From positions 14,632,001-14,696,000 of the forward strand of contig CP158635.1 of the NCBI GenBank assembly GCA_050273025.1: DNA of 64,000 nt, in the 5' to 3' direction. Source of the stretch: Cenococcum geophilum. Taxonomy: Eukaryota. How positions within the stretch are numbered: the first letter of the stretch is position 1; every line of letters starts with the position of its first letter. Shown here one piece after another: positions 25,330-37,784 of this stretch. Position numbers and translations under genes: made by a program. The notes under the pieces were generated by a model. It did no database searches. It saw nothing but the letters and a program-made list of their open reading frames with translations, and was not told the origin of the DNA.

Positions 25330-25632
25330 AAGAGTATACGATACTATACGTATTTCGTGCCCCTGGATATAACTTACTTATTATAAGGGGATCTTGTAGA
25401 CAGGGGGCTATAAGGACACGATTGGAATAAGATAGATTAGTGAGAGAGACAAATCCATAAGGAGGTAAGGCCTCTGGGATCGTGGAGACTATATACTATA
25501 GGCACGTGCCTCCGGCACGTGACCGGCGACTATCTGAGGGGCGTCTGGGGGTTGTCCTGAGGGCAACCCGAGGTGTCCGCAATAATATCCCTTACATTGC
25601 CCCCCCCCTTCTTACGGTTGGCCCCCGATCGC

Positions 25633-26825
25633 CACATTGCCAGAACCAGACGACGACCGTTTGAATGACCAGCTAGCAAACACCACGAATGATTCAATTA
25701 ATTGATTGATCGAATTGAACCAGAGCTTTAATATTGGCCCGTCACCGAATCGAATCAAGGCCTCCTAGGGAGGCACCCTAGACGACCACCGTTTGAATGT
25801 AATCAGGGCCTTCAATCGGGCCGACCCCTCCCCAAAATTGAATCATACACTGACACAGGCAGGCAGGCAGGCAGGCAGGTAGGTAGGTAGGTAGGTAGGT
25901 AGGTAGGTAGGTAGGTAGGTAGGTAGGTAGGTAGGCAGGTAGGCAGGCAGGTAGGAGACGACCGTCGCCAGAACTAGACGACCGTTACCAGAACCAGACG
26001 ACCGTCGCCAGAACGAGACGACCGTCGCCAGAACCAGACGACCGTTACCAGAACCACACGACCGTCGCCAGAGCCAGACGACCGTCGCTAGAACCAGACG
26101 ACCGTTACCAGAACCACACGACCGTCGCCAGAGCCAGACGACAACGACTAGCCAGCGAACACTATAAACGATTCGATCGATCGATCGAATCAAGGCAGCA
26201 CAGACAGGTAGGCACAAACAGGGAGATGCTGACGGGTAGGCAGATGCAGACAGGTAGGCAGATGCTGACGGGTAGGCAGATATAGACAGGTAGGCAGATG
26301 CAAACAGGTAGGCGATGCAGACAGGTAGGCGATGCAGACAGGTAGGCAATGCAGACAGGCAGGCAATGCAGAGGTACGCGATGTAGACAGGTACGCGATG
26401 CAGGCAGGTAGGTAGATAGGCAGGTAGGTAAGTCAATAGGTAGATAGGTAGAAGAGAACCATTGCTATATTATATTAAATTATCTAAAATAATAATATTT
26501 ATTTTGCTAGCATTATAAATAGCCTTAAAGTAGCTTTTATTTATTTAAAAGAGGTAAATATAATTATAGTTGCCAAATGCGCAGATTGCTGGCAGGTTGC
26601 GCGCAGGCTGCGCGCAGGCTGCGTGTCAAAAAAACACGAGTTGCCAAATGCCCTCAACTGCACGCCAATTGCGTCAACCACCAACCATTGAGGCCATTGG
26701 TAGGGTACCATATTTTGCCGATGCATTACCTTGCGGTAGGGAGATTATAAGGGCTCGTCCTGGAAGAGGTTTAAAGAGATGTCGGAGAGGTGTTGGTATG
26801 CCGCTGTATATCATCTATCTATCTA
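25633..26825. other. Foreign GC-rich, weakly RIPped segment next to the G3 PPT, homologous to the interior of the 30002-31577 element
   Basis: Shares CCAG(C/T)AGCAAACACCACGA, ATCGAATCAAGGCCTC.TAGGGAGGCACCC.AGACGACCACCGTT and the 20-bp unit with 30545-31210. Contains (AGGC)n(AGGT)n at 25855-25955, 20-bp repeats at 25955-26145 and ~18-bp repeats at 26200-26440. Confidence 0.7.
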
Positions 26826-26889
26826 ACCCCTACTTTAAACTCCTGAAAAACCTTAATAAGGGAAAAACGTGACTGGAGAAAAAACGCGA

Positions 26890-27600
26890 GGATTACTAGG
26901 AGACCTATCGGAAGTCTACTAGAAGTATGCCAGTAACTACCTAGGCTAATATAGGGATTTTTATACAACTCTGCTTCTAAGCCTTTATACCGGTCTATAA
27001 TTAATTATAAGTGTTATAGGCAATTTGGTGTTCCAATATAGTTCTATAAAACCTTTTAGTATAGGATTTAACGTATAGAGCCTTAGCTTGCCGTCGTCTT
27101 TAACTACTAAGATATAGTCTATAATTCTTTCTTATAATCCTTTTCTTATAATCCTCTACGTCACTAACGCATTACTCCCGCATTTGCCCTTAGGCTATTA
27201 AATGCGGTTAAGGTATTAATTAGTTAGTTAAAGAGACTTGTCTCTTAAGATTTGGTGTATATAGTTTTAAATTTAATAGTCCTGTGCCGTATATTTAGCG
27301 TAGCTCTACTACCTAGCAAATAGGGACATTTTGCGATAGCAATTATAGCTATTATACAATTGTCAAGAACGTCTATAACGTTATTCTTTAATACTATAGT
27401 ATTATTTTAGGTCTAATTTAACCTATATACGTCTTTAATTTAACGTCTTAATTGCCTTCCCCTGGCCGCGTAGTTAGTTTTTATAAGAAAGTAATAGTTA
27501 AATAACTTATACGCGTATTTCCTTCCTTCTAAATAGCGCTATTATAACGGAGTTATATCAGCAAGGTTGCGGCTATTCGCTAGAAGGGTATTAGATAGTA
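26890..27600 (-). pseudogene. Possible second G3 accessory gene (sense to the element, one candidate intron), unknown product
   Basis: A minus-strand intron-like stretch GTATAAG...ACTAAC...CAG (~27463-27512) joins two protein-like frames. No recognisable domain. Confidence 0.3.
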
Positions 27601-27737
27601 AAGTATAAGGACACCTTTGCTTATTAAGCAGCTCCTTTTCCTTAACACCTCACTTTCCTATCATCAACCTTTATCTAATTTTAGACGTATCTTTAATATA
27701 TTATTAAGATTTTCTTCTTTTCCATTAATAATTTAAT

Positions 27738-28850
27738 ATACCTCTTCGTTCTCCTACTAACTACTCTTCTAAGCAGATTCTACAGCGTATCCTAGCCCTA
27801 CCTTTATATATAGAACCCTAACCTCCACTAACTCGTAACTGGTGCTAGTCCTACCTAAATAATTTTGCCTACATATTTTCAAAAAACTAGAAATCTAATA
27901 ATAGGATTCTAGAGGCTTATAATAAGACGTACTACGTTAGATCTAATACCTTCAGTCCTTATAATCAATGCATACGTACTAAGAGCGGCAGTTATATTAA
28001 GGTAAGCTTTTCTATTCTTAATAGATTTCCATTACTAACTTTAAGCTTTAATAGCCTAGGCCTAAGTGGCAACGTTCCTTTAATGTCCTTAACTACTACA
28101 TCGCCCGGGCTCTCTCTTATTCCAGCGTAAATACTAAACGACTTAGCCGAATTTAAGACTATGCCACGGCCATCTACACTGCCTATAATTCCTAGCAAGC
28201 TAGCTAGTAATGCCTAATGCGAGAGCAAGGTTAGTATACTAAGGATAGGGTAAAAGATAGGGGTAATAAGAAGAAGGTTACTGTCTACCACAGGAAGGAG
28301 TTTGCGTATACGCGTCAAGTTTTAAAAGAGCATAATATAATGCGTTATTAGGTAGGTTACCCTTCGGATACCTACCAAATAGGTAACTAACAGTTACCGT
28401 AGCAAGGTCTTAGTAGTTCTGGACTATGCCAGCCAGCTAACGTCTCTATTCATTTTAGGCTTAAGCGTGTCTTTATTAACTATAAGCTTACGCTGTAAGA
28501 GCTTTGTTGGTATTGGTTTAGACCTAATATTAGTATTAAGCGTTTAAGAGTCTCTACTCTAGCTACACCTCATTATCCTGCCCCTGTTTTTATACCTACT
28601 TATATACCTACTAAGGCATCTAAATCCCATTCTCGTTAGCTATCACTTAGTAGCCCAATAGATACTAATCCTACTCCTAATAATAAGGCGTAGTGGCTTT
28701 TTAGGTTAGGCATTTGTGGTTTAGACTTTTAGGATTCGTTCTTGTATATAGTAGCAATTAAGGACCTCGATTAGGTGCTTAGGAAGGCCTTATAAGGCTT
28801 TTAGAAAGGGCTTAGAAGCTCTAGAAATAATATTCCTAATATAGATTAAT
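27738..28850 (+). pseudogene. Antisense two-exon accessory gene of G3 with a Cys-cluster N-terminus
   Basis: Start ATA (inferred ATG) then PLRSPTNYSS. Candidate C-x2-C-x26-C-x8-C-x2-C-x7-C with only 2 Cys intact and the rest TAC/TAT. Donor GTAAGC at 28002, branch ACTAAC at 28034-28039, acceptor at 28045 or 28054; the frame then continues for ~270 codons. Confidence 0.5.
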
Positions 28851-30001
28851 AAATAGGAATACAATTCTAGCAAAATGCCCTATTAACTCTATGCTATATA
28901 TGTAAAAAGGCTAAGGACCCGTCCTGCCTTAGGCTGTAGCCCTATCCCTATAGTTTCCAGAGCCTATCCATTCCATATCCAATTTAACCTATTTACTCTT
29001 TTTGCGAGCTTTCTTTATAGGTCGCGATAACACCATAGTATTAGAGCGCTTTCTATAACTTATAGATTATGGACCTTAGTCCCAATATTCTTTTAGAATA
29101 TCTTTATAATAATTAAGGTAATCCTCTAGTTCCTATATAGAGTCCTTAGTGGGCTAGCCTAGCCATTTAACTTTAAATTAAAGCTTATTCTTAATAGACT
29201 TATAGCGTAGTATAGCTTTAACCTTATACCGCTCGCCTACTACTTTAGGGTGTTTAATTAGACCTAGACGGAAGTTCTTTTCTGGTAGTAGTCTATACTA
29301 TAGCTCTAGTAGGTTTATATAAAACACTAGATGTATATAGGCCATAGATAGGGGTAGCTAGAGACAATAGGCTAGCTTACCAATTCGTTCCTTAACTTAA
29401 AAGGGACCTAGGTATCTTATATCGAGCTTCTTTAATAGTCAACGGGTTTTAATATTTATTAAACGTAATAAAACCTTATTGCCTACTCCGAAATACTTAT
29501 CCTAGTGCTTACGGTTATACTAAAGTTTTTACTACTCTTAGGCATCTTATAGGCTCTGCTTTGCATACTTCTATTACTCCTCCTATTCCTAAAGGTATCC
29601 TTATACTCTTTAATAAATATCCTTAAACTTCCTAGTAGGATCCTATAACTAATTATACGGCCTTAGCCAATAATCGTTAGGTATACTATTAAACCTAAAT
29701 AGTTAAACGCTATAGGTAATCTAGATTAGTGCATACTTATATAATGCATATTACTTTAAATTATAAGCGTACTCCGCGTATAAAAGTAGCTTACACTAGT
29801 TATCTTACTGGTAGTTTAAATATATCTATAGGTAAGACTCCAGTTCCTAGTTCTAGCGTTCCGTTTGCCTATCCGTCTATAAATAGAAAGCCATACTATA
29901 CTGGTAGTCTATCTTTAAATAGAAGTATAGATCCAACTAGTACTAACTTATAAAGACGCTGCCCCTATTAGTAATAATAGAGTGCGGCTAATCTACTTTA
30001 A

Positions 30002-31577
30002 CGTCAGGAAAACGGGAAGTGGCGCAGGAAATTTGGTTTCGCTAAAAGTGTTTTTAGGGCCCGGGGCTAGCTTTCCGCCATATTAGCCAACCCCCCCTAG
30101 CCCGGGGCCAGCTTTTAGCCATATTAACTAACCCCCCCTAGCCTAGGGCTAGCTTTTAGCTATATTAGCTAACCCCCCCTAGCCTAGGGCTAGCTTTTAG
30201 CCATATTAGCTAAGCCTTAGAGCTATACGCTAGCACTATGCTAGCTTATAGCTATAAAATAAATATTATTACTATTATTGTATTTATTGCTATTAGGGTA
30301 TTAAAATCCTAAAGGCCTCCGGGCAGGCTCCTAGCAGGCTTCCTAGTAGGCTCCTAGCAGGACTTTGATTTTCCTTATCATCTAAATCGTCCGAAGTACC
30401 ATCGGGTCCCCGCTATATTCCCGACAGCCTCTACACGTGCCTTTGCATACCCCTTGTACACCTAAATGCCACCTTTACCCTTCCTTCCTTCCTTACATCC
30501 TCCCTACTTAGGGAGGCACCAGAACGGTAGCTAGAGGACTGTGACCAGAACCAGACGACCGTCGCCAGAACCAGACGACCGTCGCCAGAACCAGACGACC
30601 GTCGCCAGAACCAGACGACCGTCGCCAGAACCAGACGACCGTCGCCAGAACCAGACGACCGTCGCCAGAACCAGACGACCGTCGCCAGAACCAGACGACC
30701 GTCGCCAGAACCAGACGACCGTCGCCAGAACCAGACGACCGTCGCCAGAACCAGACGACCGTCGCCAGAACCAGACGACCGTCGCCAGAACCAGACGACC
30801 GTCGCCAGAGCCAGACGATAATCGTTTAAACGACCAGCCAGCAAACACCACGATCAATTCAATCGATCGATCGAATCGAACTAGAGCCTCGATATCATCC
30901 CATTACCAAATCAAATCGAATCAAGGCCTCTTAGGGAGGCACCCCAGACGACCACCGTTCAAACGTACAGCCAGCGAACGCCCAGAGAGAACGATTCGAA
31001 TTAATATAATTAATCGCAATCAAATCAAGCAGAGCCTTTGATCTGGCCGATCTCTCCCCCGAATTACAGATACAGACAGGTAGGCATAGACAAGTAGGCA
31101 CGACCGGCAGGCATAGACAGGTAGGCACAAACAAGTAGGACGGTCAGACGGTAGGACAGGTAGGATAGGTAGGACAGGGAGGACAGGCAGGACAGGTAGG
31201 ACAGGCACTAGGCCTAGTTAGGAAATCAGTACATGGCCGGCAGATCATCGGGAACGCCGCCAATTGACGATTTGGAGACTCTGCGAGAGATATCCCTTAT
31301 AGCTACTATTAATTTTAAATTTTAAATTTTGAATTTTATTATAATTATACATATTGCAGCTATAGGAAATATTATATAAAATATATAAAACGTATAAAAT
31401 GTATAAAACGTACAAAACGTATAAAATGTGCTAATGTTGCTAATATGGCCCCGGGCTAGCCCCGGGCTAGCGTAAATAAGTATACATAAGCAGATCAGCG
31501 GATCCAGCTGAAATGACCCCGGGCCAGCCCCGGGCTAGCCCCTGGCTAGCCCCTACCACCCTCCCGTTTTCCTGACG
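30002..31577. mobile_element. Non-autonomous TIR DNA element (1576 bp) inserted in the G3 integrase
   Basis: 16-bp perfect TIR CGTCAGGAAAACGGGA; 2-bp TSD AA (30000-30001 and 31578-31579) whose removal restores the integrase frame; subterminal CCCCGGGCTAG-type repeats at both ends; no transposase. Confidence 0.88.
30545..30818. repeat. Near-perfect 20-bp minisatellite (CCAGAACCAGACGACCGTCG) x ~13.7
   Basis: Read directly; head-to-tail units with no spacers. Confidence 0.97.
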
Positions 31578-34500
31578 AAGAAAGTATTTCTTCTTAATTA
31601 GGTTGGCGAGCTCTTATACATTAATTGTCTTATTAACGGGAAGGTATTAGACGTACTTTAAAAACCTATTAATAAGTACGAGGACCGAATCGTATGTTTG
31701 TCCTTGGCTATCTTTAGATAGCGGGAGATCCGTAATAAAGTCCATAGCGTAATATTACCATAGCTTACTAGCAGGGGGAACTAATTTAAGTAGACCCTAT
31801 AGCTTATGCCTACGGATCTTATATACTTAACACTTCTTACAATAGCTAATGTACTCCTTTACTTCCTAATTAAGCCTTAGCTAATAGTATTTACGCTAAA
31901 ATAATTCTACTGTCTTTACTTAACTATAGTGGCCGCCCAGAGGATTATCGTAATTCTTTATAAGAATCTTCTATTATAGATTTGCTTCTTATAGCACCTA
32001 AACCTTACCACCTTTACGTAGTAGGCCTATTGGGTCTAGTTCCTAATAGTAGCGCCTAATAGCTTTTTTTCCGTCACGTTTCCGGTCTACTTCCGTATTA
32101 AGAATAGCATAGGAAGCATCCCTCCGTTACACCTTATAGATGAGATCCGTTAACCCTTTAGATAGTTCCTAGGTAAAAGCTATTTTATCCCGTACTGCTT
32201 TAAGTATAAGACTAGATAGTACTATAGATCTTGCAACTCTTTAATACACATATATTAGGAAGGCCGCTATAAGGTTAAAGTCCTTTAGTTATTATAGGGC
32301 TCTAAGTTCCAATTACTTTATAGCTTCGCTATTTATTTAAGGGGATAGCTTAGTAATTAGAGATAGTATATTACTAGGTTCCGAGAATATATTAGGGACG
32401 TCCTATTTAGGTATATTTAAACCCTTATTAGTAACGGACTGGGTACTAGCTAGAACATTAGTAGAAACTAATAGGGCTTATACCGCCTAAGACTTAGTAC
32501 ATAGAGCTATAGGTGCTTAAGTATCCTATACCTAGAGCTTATTCTATAATATAGGGAGTAAGATATCTATTATCTGTTTTCCTTCTTCTATTTTAAAGCC
32601 TTTAGTATAGTCTAGCCGTCGTAACGGTCTATTAACAGGGTTGTTTTCCCCTAGTTTATATTTAATCTTAAAATTAAATCGCGCAAGCTCCTCTACCTAT
32701 TTGGCTTATTAAGGTATAAGCTTCTTTATAGTTATAAAGTAGCGTAAATTATAGTAATCTAAGAGTATACGAGTGGTATAGCTTGCGTGCTTAAGGTAGT
32801 GTCGCCACTATTTAAAGCAGTTAACTATAGCCAGCAGTTCCTTATTATGGGTATAATACCTAACTTTAGGTCCCTGGAATTTTCTACTATAAAATGCTAC
32901 TAGTCTCTAATAGAGCTAGGTAGCGTCCGGATGCCTATTAGGTTATAACAGGATACCGGCAAAGGCAAAATTCGATATATTAGTAATTATCATTAATAGC
33001 TGATCTGGGTTAAAATGCCGCAGCAATAGAGCTTTCATAAACTTTACGCGAAGTTCTTAAAAGGCCTCTTAAACCTTTCTGGGCTATAACCATAGCTTAT
33101 ACTATTTAGTTAGTCCCTTTTTAGTTTTCTTCCTTACCACCTTTAAGCTTTTTGCTCCTTAGGTCGGGTCTCGGGAAGCTTTTATAATATAGTTAGATAG
33201 GTATTAGGCAACGTCTAAATAGTTATAGATAAAGCGCCTATAGAAATTGGCAAAGCCTAGGAACACTTAAATATCCTAATAGCTCTCTGGCTCCGGCCAC
33301 TCCTAAATTATCTACACCCGTACTAGGTCTATAACTACACCTATAGGCGTCACAATATAACCTAAAAACTCGACCTACTTAGTATTAAAGACATACTTTA
33401 ACGCCTTAGCGTAGAGGCCCTAATTATCTAAACGTTCCAGCACTTCGCGGACATATTATTCGTATTAATCCTCGTCTTCTAAGTAGATCAAGATGTTATC
33501 TAAATAAACAACATATATGCGGTCGACTAGTCCCCCTAAGGCTCTGTAAATATACAATTAGAATATTATAGGCGCATTAGCTAGCCTAAAAGGCATTACT
33601 AGATACTTAAAGTGGCCGTATTAGGTCTTAAAAGCGGTCTTCTATTTATCCCCTTCTTTGATACGGAGCCTATAGTAGGCGTCTTATAGATCTAGCTTCG
33701 TAAAGATCTTCGCCCTAGATAGTCAATCTAGCATTTCACTAACTAGTAGTAGTAGGTAACGGTTCTTAATTGTAATCTTATTAAGACCGCGATAGTCTAC
33801 GCATAGCCTTATAGTTCTATCTGGTTTTAGGACGAAGAGGATTAGTACGCCTAATGGCGACTTACTGGGCCAGATCTACCCCTTTTTCAGTAACCCATTA
33901 AGGTACTCCTATAGGATCTTAAGCTCTTTACGCGAGAGGTTGTAGATAGAAAAATTCAGCGGTTATTTACCTTCTTCTAGATTAATTACATAATCATACT
34001 CCAAGTTCTGCGGTAGGACTTTTACTCTCCTACCCAAAAATACCCTTAGTAAGTCCCTTAGGCCTACTGGGATATTTAATAAATCGGGGTCGCGTTTATC
34101 CTCTACGTTATTATCAAGTAGGTCCCGGAGCTCCCTTAGGATGCTTATAGGCAGCGTCATACGCTATAGTGGTTACTTATACATAGTTACCACTATACGT
34201 TAAACCGTTTCATACAGTAGCTAGTAGAGGGTAGGGAACTCCTTAACGCAGCGTTTAAGGTGCCGTAGCATACTCTCCGTATATTGCTTAAGCCAGAGTA
34301 ATCCGTAGCGGTTAAAGTATCTCATAAGATCCTTAAGATCGCCGCCTTCCTATAATGTCTCCGTAACCTGTCCGGCAGTTCCCTATAGGGTCTCCATTAT
34401 AAAGGGGTTATTACCTATACTAGGCTCTATACCTATCTTATTACCAAATAAGGGTTAGATCTAATACTCCTTTAGGTATAGAGCGTACACTATTTTACCT

Positions 34501-36996
34501 AGGGCTATATTCTCTAGGATATCCTTTAGGCTTATTAGTAATATACGCCCTTTTAAATCTTTATTATTCTACTATTTAAAGGCTCTAGTTTTAAAGCGTA
34601 TTTTAAAATCTACTTCCGCTAGCTAAGGGTATCCGAGGATAAGGTTATAACCTATAAAGTCAGCCGCCTAGAAGGGTTGCGGGCCAACTACCTTAGTGTA
34701 GTTATATATGTCGGCCACTAATACTATAAGCTTATAGGCACTATATAGTTTAATCTAATACTTATTTAGAAAGCCTACAATAGGTTTCCGCTACCTTTAT
34801 AATGGGATAAGTTTATACTCTTTTACCAAATCATATTATATAAGATTGATTTTAGCGCCGCTGTTATATAATACTTAGAACTATTATACTTTACCTATAG
34901 GGAGTGTTATTTCTAGCTTAATAGTAATATAGAGAGTCTCTCCTTCTATATCTTACCCTAGTTATAGCTAGGAGAGGTCCGTAACTAGGGCTTTTCTTTT
35001 TTTAGATTGTTAGTGCGGTTATCGCCCTACTTGTTTTTCCAATAGGATCTACCTTCGGAGTTTTCTCTTAACTTCTTAAAGTATTCCCATAAAGGTGCCA
35101 GATAGGTGTTAGGTTAGCCCTAAAAGTCTTTCCCGTTATTTAAGGTTCCTAACTTTAACCCTTTTAAAGTTCTCTTTAAGAACGGCTTCTTTAAAGGTTA
35201 GGTCTGCCCTACGTTACTACTAGAGTGCCTATACTTTTAGTAACCCCTTAGCTTCCTACTAGAAGAGGTCTGGTTCCTTACCGTATCCTCAGCGTTTAGA
35301 ACCGCTTATTTAAAATCCGCATATACAGTAATCCGCGGTAGGGCTCCTATACGCTTTATTTCGTTATAAATTACTAGCTTAATTCTAGCCTAGATAAATC
35401 CAATCTTCTTTTTCTTGTAGACGCTGCCGTCCTTGTTTTTAAAGGGCTCTAGATTTATTTATTAAGCACGAGTTTCTATAAAGTTTATAAACTAGCGGAA
35501 GTCTTAACGGTCTAGCTGCGTATCATTCCAGAATTATTCTATATTATTATATTATATAATATATAAATCTTAAGTTTAACCCTTTAGGAAGGTCTATAGC
35601 TATAGCCATATTATAATTTACTCTTTATTAAGTTAATTAAGCGCGATCTAGTTTAGTAATCGGTCTTTAATCTTACTAATAATCTAGCGTATACGCTCTT
35701 TAGTATTATCTCATATTATTAGCATCTTAAAGAAGTTATCTACCTCGCGAACCCAATCGTCCAGCTATTGGGCGTTGGGTCTATAACGAAGTTCTAGACT
35801 ATTAAAGGCCTTGGCCAGTCAGTCTATATCCTTTTTCCGTTTATTATATAGGTGCCTCTCTAAGTCTTCCATACCTTCTTAGGTAGGTACTAGGTAGCCC
35901 CTAGGAAGCCCTTAGCCTTAACTAGGTTATAAAAGAATTTGTCTAGCTTAGATTAGACCCTACTAGATCTAAATTTACCCTTAGAGGGTTCTAATATATT
36001 TATTAGTGGCTTCCTCCCGTATAGCTTCTAAGAGCCTTATAATAGCTTCCCAATATTTATTTTAAAGAAGATTAGTATAGGGCTCTTAACCTTCCAAACT
36101 TAGGCCTAGGGAGGCTCCTGCTATAAAGGTAGTGTTAGTACTAGTAGCTAGTATAGGCTTCCTAACGGGGCTTAGGTCTTAAGTTAGTAATTAGCTTAAA
36201 TTACCTAAAGGGGTAGGCCCACTTAGCTCGTAAGCAGTCTATATACCGCCACTATGCCAATTATAGGCCGGTGGTCTTCCGGGAGGGTTCTGGTTGGTTC
36301 CCTAGTTAAATATATTAGTGTATTTCTTTGGCATTTCTGGCTTAGGGGAAGATCTTAAAGTCGCCTCTGGCGCTTAATCTTCCAATTAGCTTAGGTAGGG
36401 CCAGAGGGGTTCCGGCTGCTTTTTAGTAGTATTACGACCGTTATAAAGGGTATCTATATTTTCCTTAGCGTTACCGGTAACCGTAGGTATATAAGAGTCT
36501 TCAAGCTCCTAGAGCATCTGGGTATTAGGGCTTATTTAGCCGTCTTGCCCAGAGGGTTATATTATCGCAATCTCTCGCTATCGGAGGGACCTTCCTGCCT
36601 TTACGCGACAGCTTTCCATAAAGTATCCGTAGAGTTTCCGTTTAGGTTATCGCGAAATTTTAAGGGAAGATAGTAGTTATAAATAAATAATATAAATAAA
36701 CAATCTGGTCCTTAAAGCCGACTGCCCTTCTAAAAAAGAGTAGGAAGGATTTAAATGTAAGGGGATCTTATAGACAGGGGGCTATAAGGACACGATTAGA
36801 ACAAGATAGATTAGTAAGAGAGACGAATCCTTAAGGAGGTAAGGCCTTTGGGATTGTAAAGACTATATACTACAGGCACGTACCTCTAGCACGTGACTGG
36901 CGACCATCTAAGGGGCGTCCGGGGGTTATCCTAAGGGTAACCCAAGGTGTCCGCAATAATATCCCTTACACTTATATTATTAAGTTAATATAAACA

Positions 36997-37728
36997 ATAC
37001 CCTATAGTTAATACTAGCTCTTTTTTTATATAAAGGACTAACGAGGGTAAAATCTATAGCCGTTTTTCTACTATAGATAAAGGTCCTAGGTCTAAATATA
37101 TAGCTAATATCTATATTCTAAATATCTTACTTTAATATATAATAATATTTATTTATTAGTTAACGTCTAATCTAAATCCCTATTAGGCCTATATAGACTA
37201 CTTTTTAGTTACCTTAATATATATACCGGTGGCCTATTTAGTTAGTATATTATATACTACTATTTTATAGCTACCGCTTAATAAGGGACTAGCTACTTAC
37301 TAGCGTAGGTATAAATAATATTACTTAGATACTCTCTATAAGTAGGAGCTTATAAATAGTAGTAAAATAGCTTATAGGCTAAGGAATTCTTTAGTAGTTT
37401 TAAATAGCATATAAGATCTAATAGGAGGATACTAAATAATACGCCCTATTCTAGCCCCTTAAGGACTAAATACCCCCGCCTAGCTATAGGCGGCTTACTA
37501 GCGAATTTCTAAACCCTTTTACTACTCCTTTTAGATTTTCTAATATACCTAGGAAGTATAGTATATAAGGTAGACTAGAAGATATAAAGATATACTAGCT
37601 AGGTAAAGGCGGAACAAATAGGACTAGCTAAAAGGAAATACTTAGGATTTTCCCCTTATAGGGCTTTTTCCTATATAGACCTAAAAGGGGACTAAATTGG
37701 GCAATAAATAGAATTAATAATAATAATT
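36997..37728 (+). mobile_element. LINE-A copy 3, 3' end with (TAA)n tail
   Basis: Reverse complement of 1-295 and 6873-7475; tail at ~37715-37728. Confidence 0.85.
37142..37208 (-). mobile_element. 67-bp extreme 5'-truncated LINE-B stub inside LINE-A copy 3
   Basis: Matches 984-1046; 15-bp TSD TTAC(T/C)TTAATATATA at 37127-37141 and 37209-37223. Confidence 0.8.
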
Positions 37729-37784
37729 ATATAGGTAGTTATATAGCTAATTATAGAACCTTCGTAGTATATTAGTGCTGTATT

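Larger units (their letters stand above)
28950..36619 (-). pseudogene. G3 gag-pol, RIP-inactivated; integrase split by a TIR element
   Basis: RT VVYLDNILIY (~33483-33512); integrase KKYFL|KV..PHSIITNRGSVF reads through 31578/30001; chromodomain ERYKVKAILRY...FKVKWLG*PTKDSI*EL (~29075-29235). Confidence 0.9.
25382..36970 (-). mobile_element. Ty3/gypsy chromovirus G3 (11.6 kb including inserts and a long 3' region)
   Basis: 215-bp LTRs at 25382-25596 and 36756-36970; TSD CTTAT at 25377-25381 and 36971-36975; minus-strand PPT at 25597-25613. Confidence 0.95.
19076..36996. repeat. ~193-bp solo-LTR-like element split into 19076-19200, 25335-25381 and 36976-36996 by G2a and G3
   Basis: Ends TGTCTATA...TATAAACA; TSD ATACC at 19071-19075 and 36997-37001; LINE-A copy 3 resumes exactly after it. 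Confidence 0.8.

Noticed and set aside
25843..26872. 197-aa and 100-aa ORFs (PTYL repeats etc.)
   Set aside because: They are translations of microsatellite/minisatellite and terminus-like DNA with no domain signal.
30431..31208. Overlapping ORFs of up to 166 aa, and a possible CRISPR array
   Set aside because: The frames are open only because the 20-bp unit has no stop codons. Units are contiguous with no spacers, and the context is fungal.
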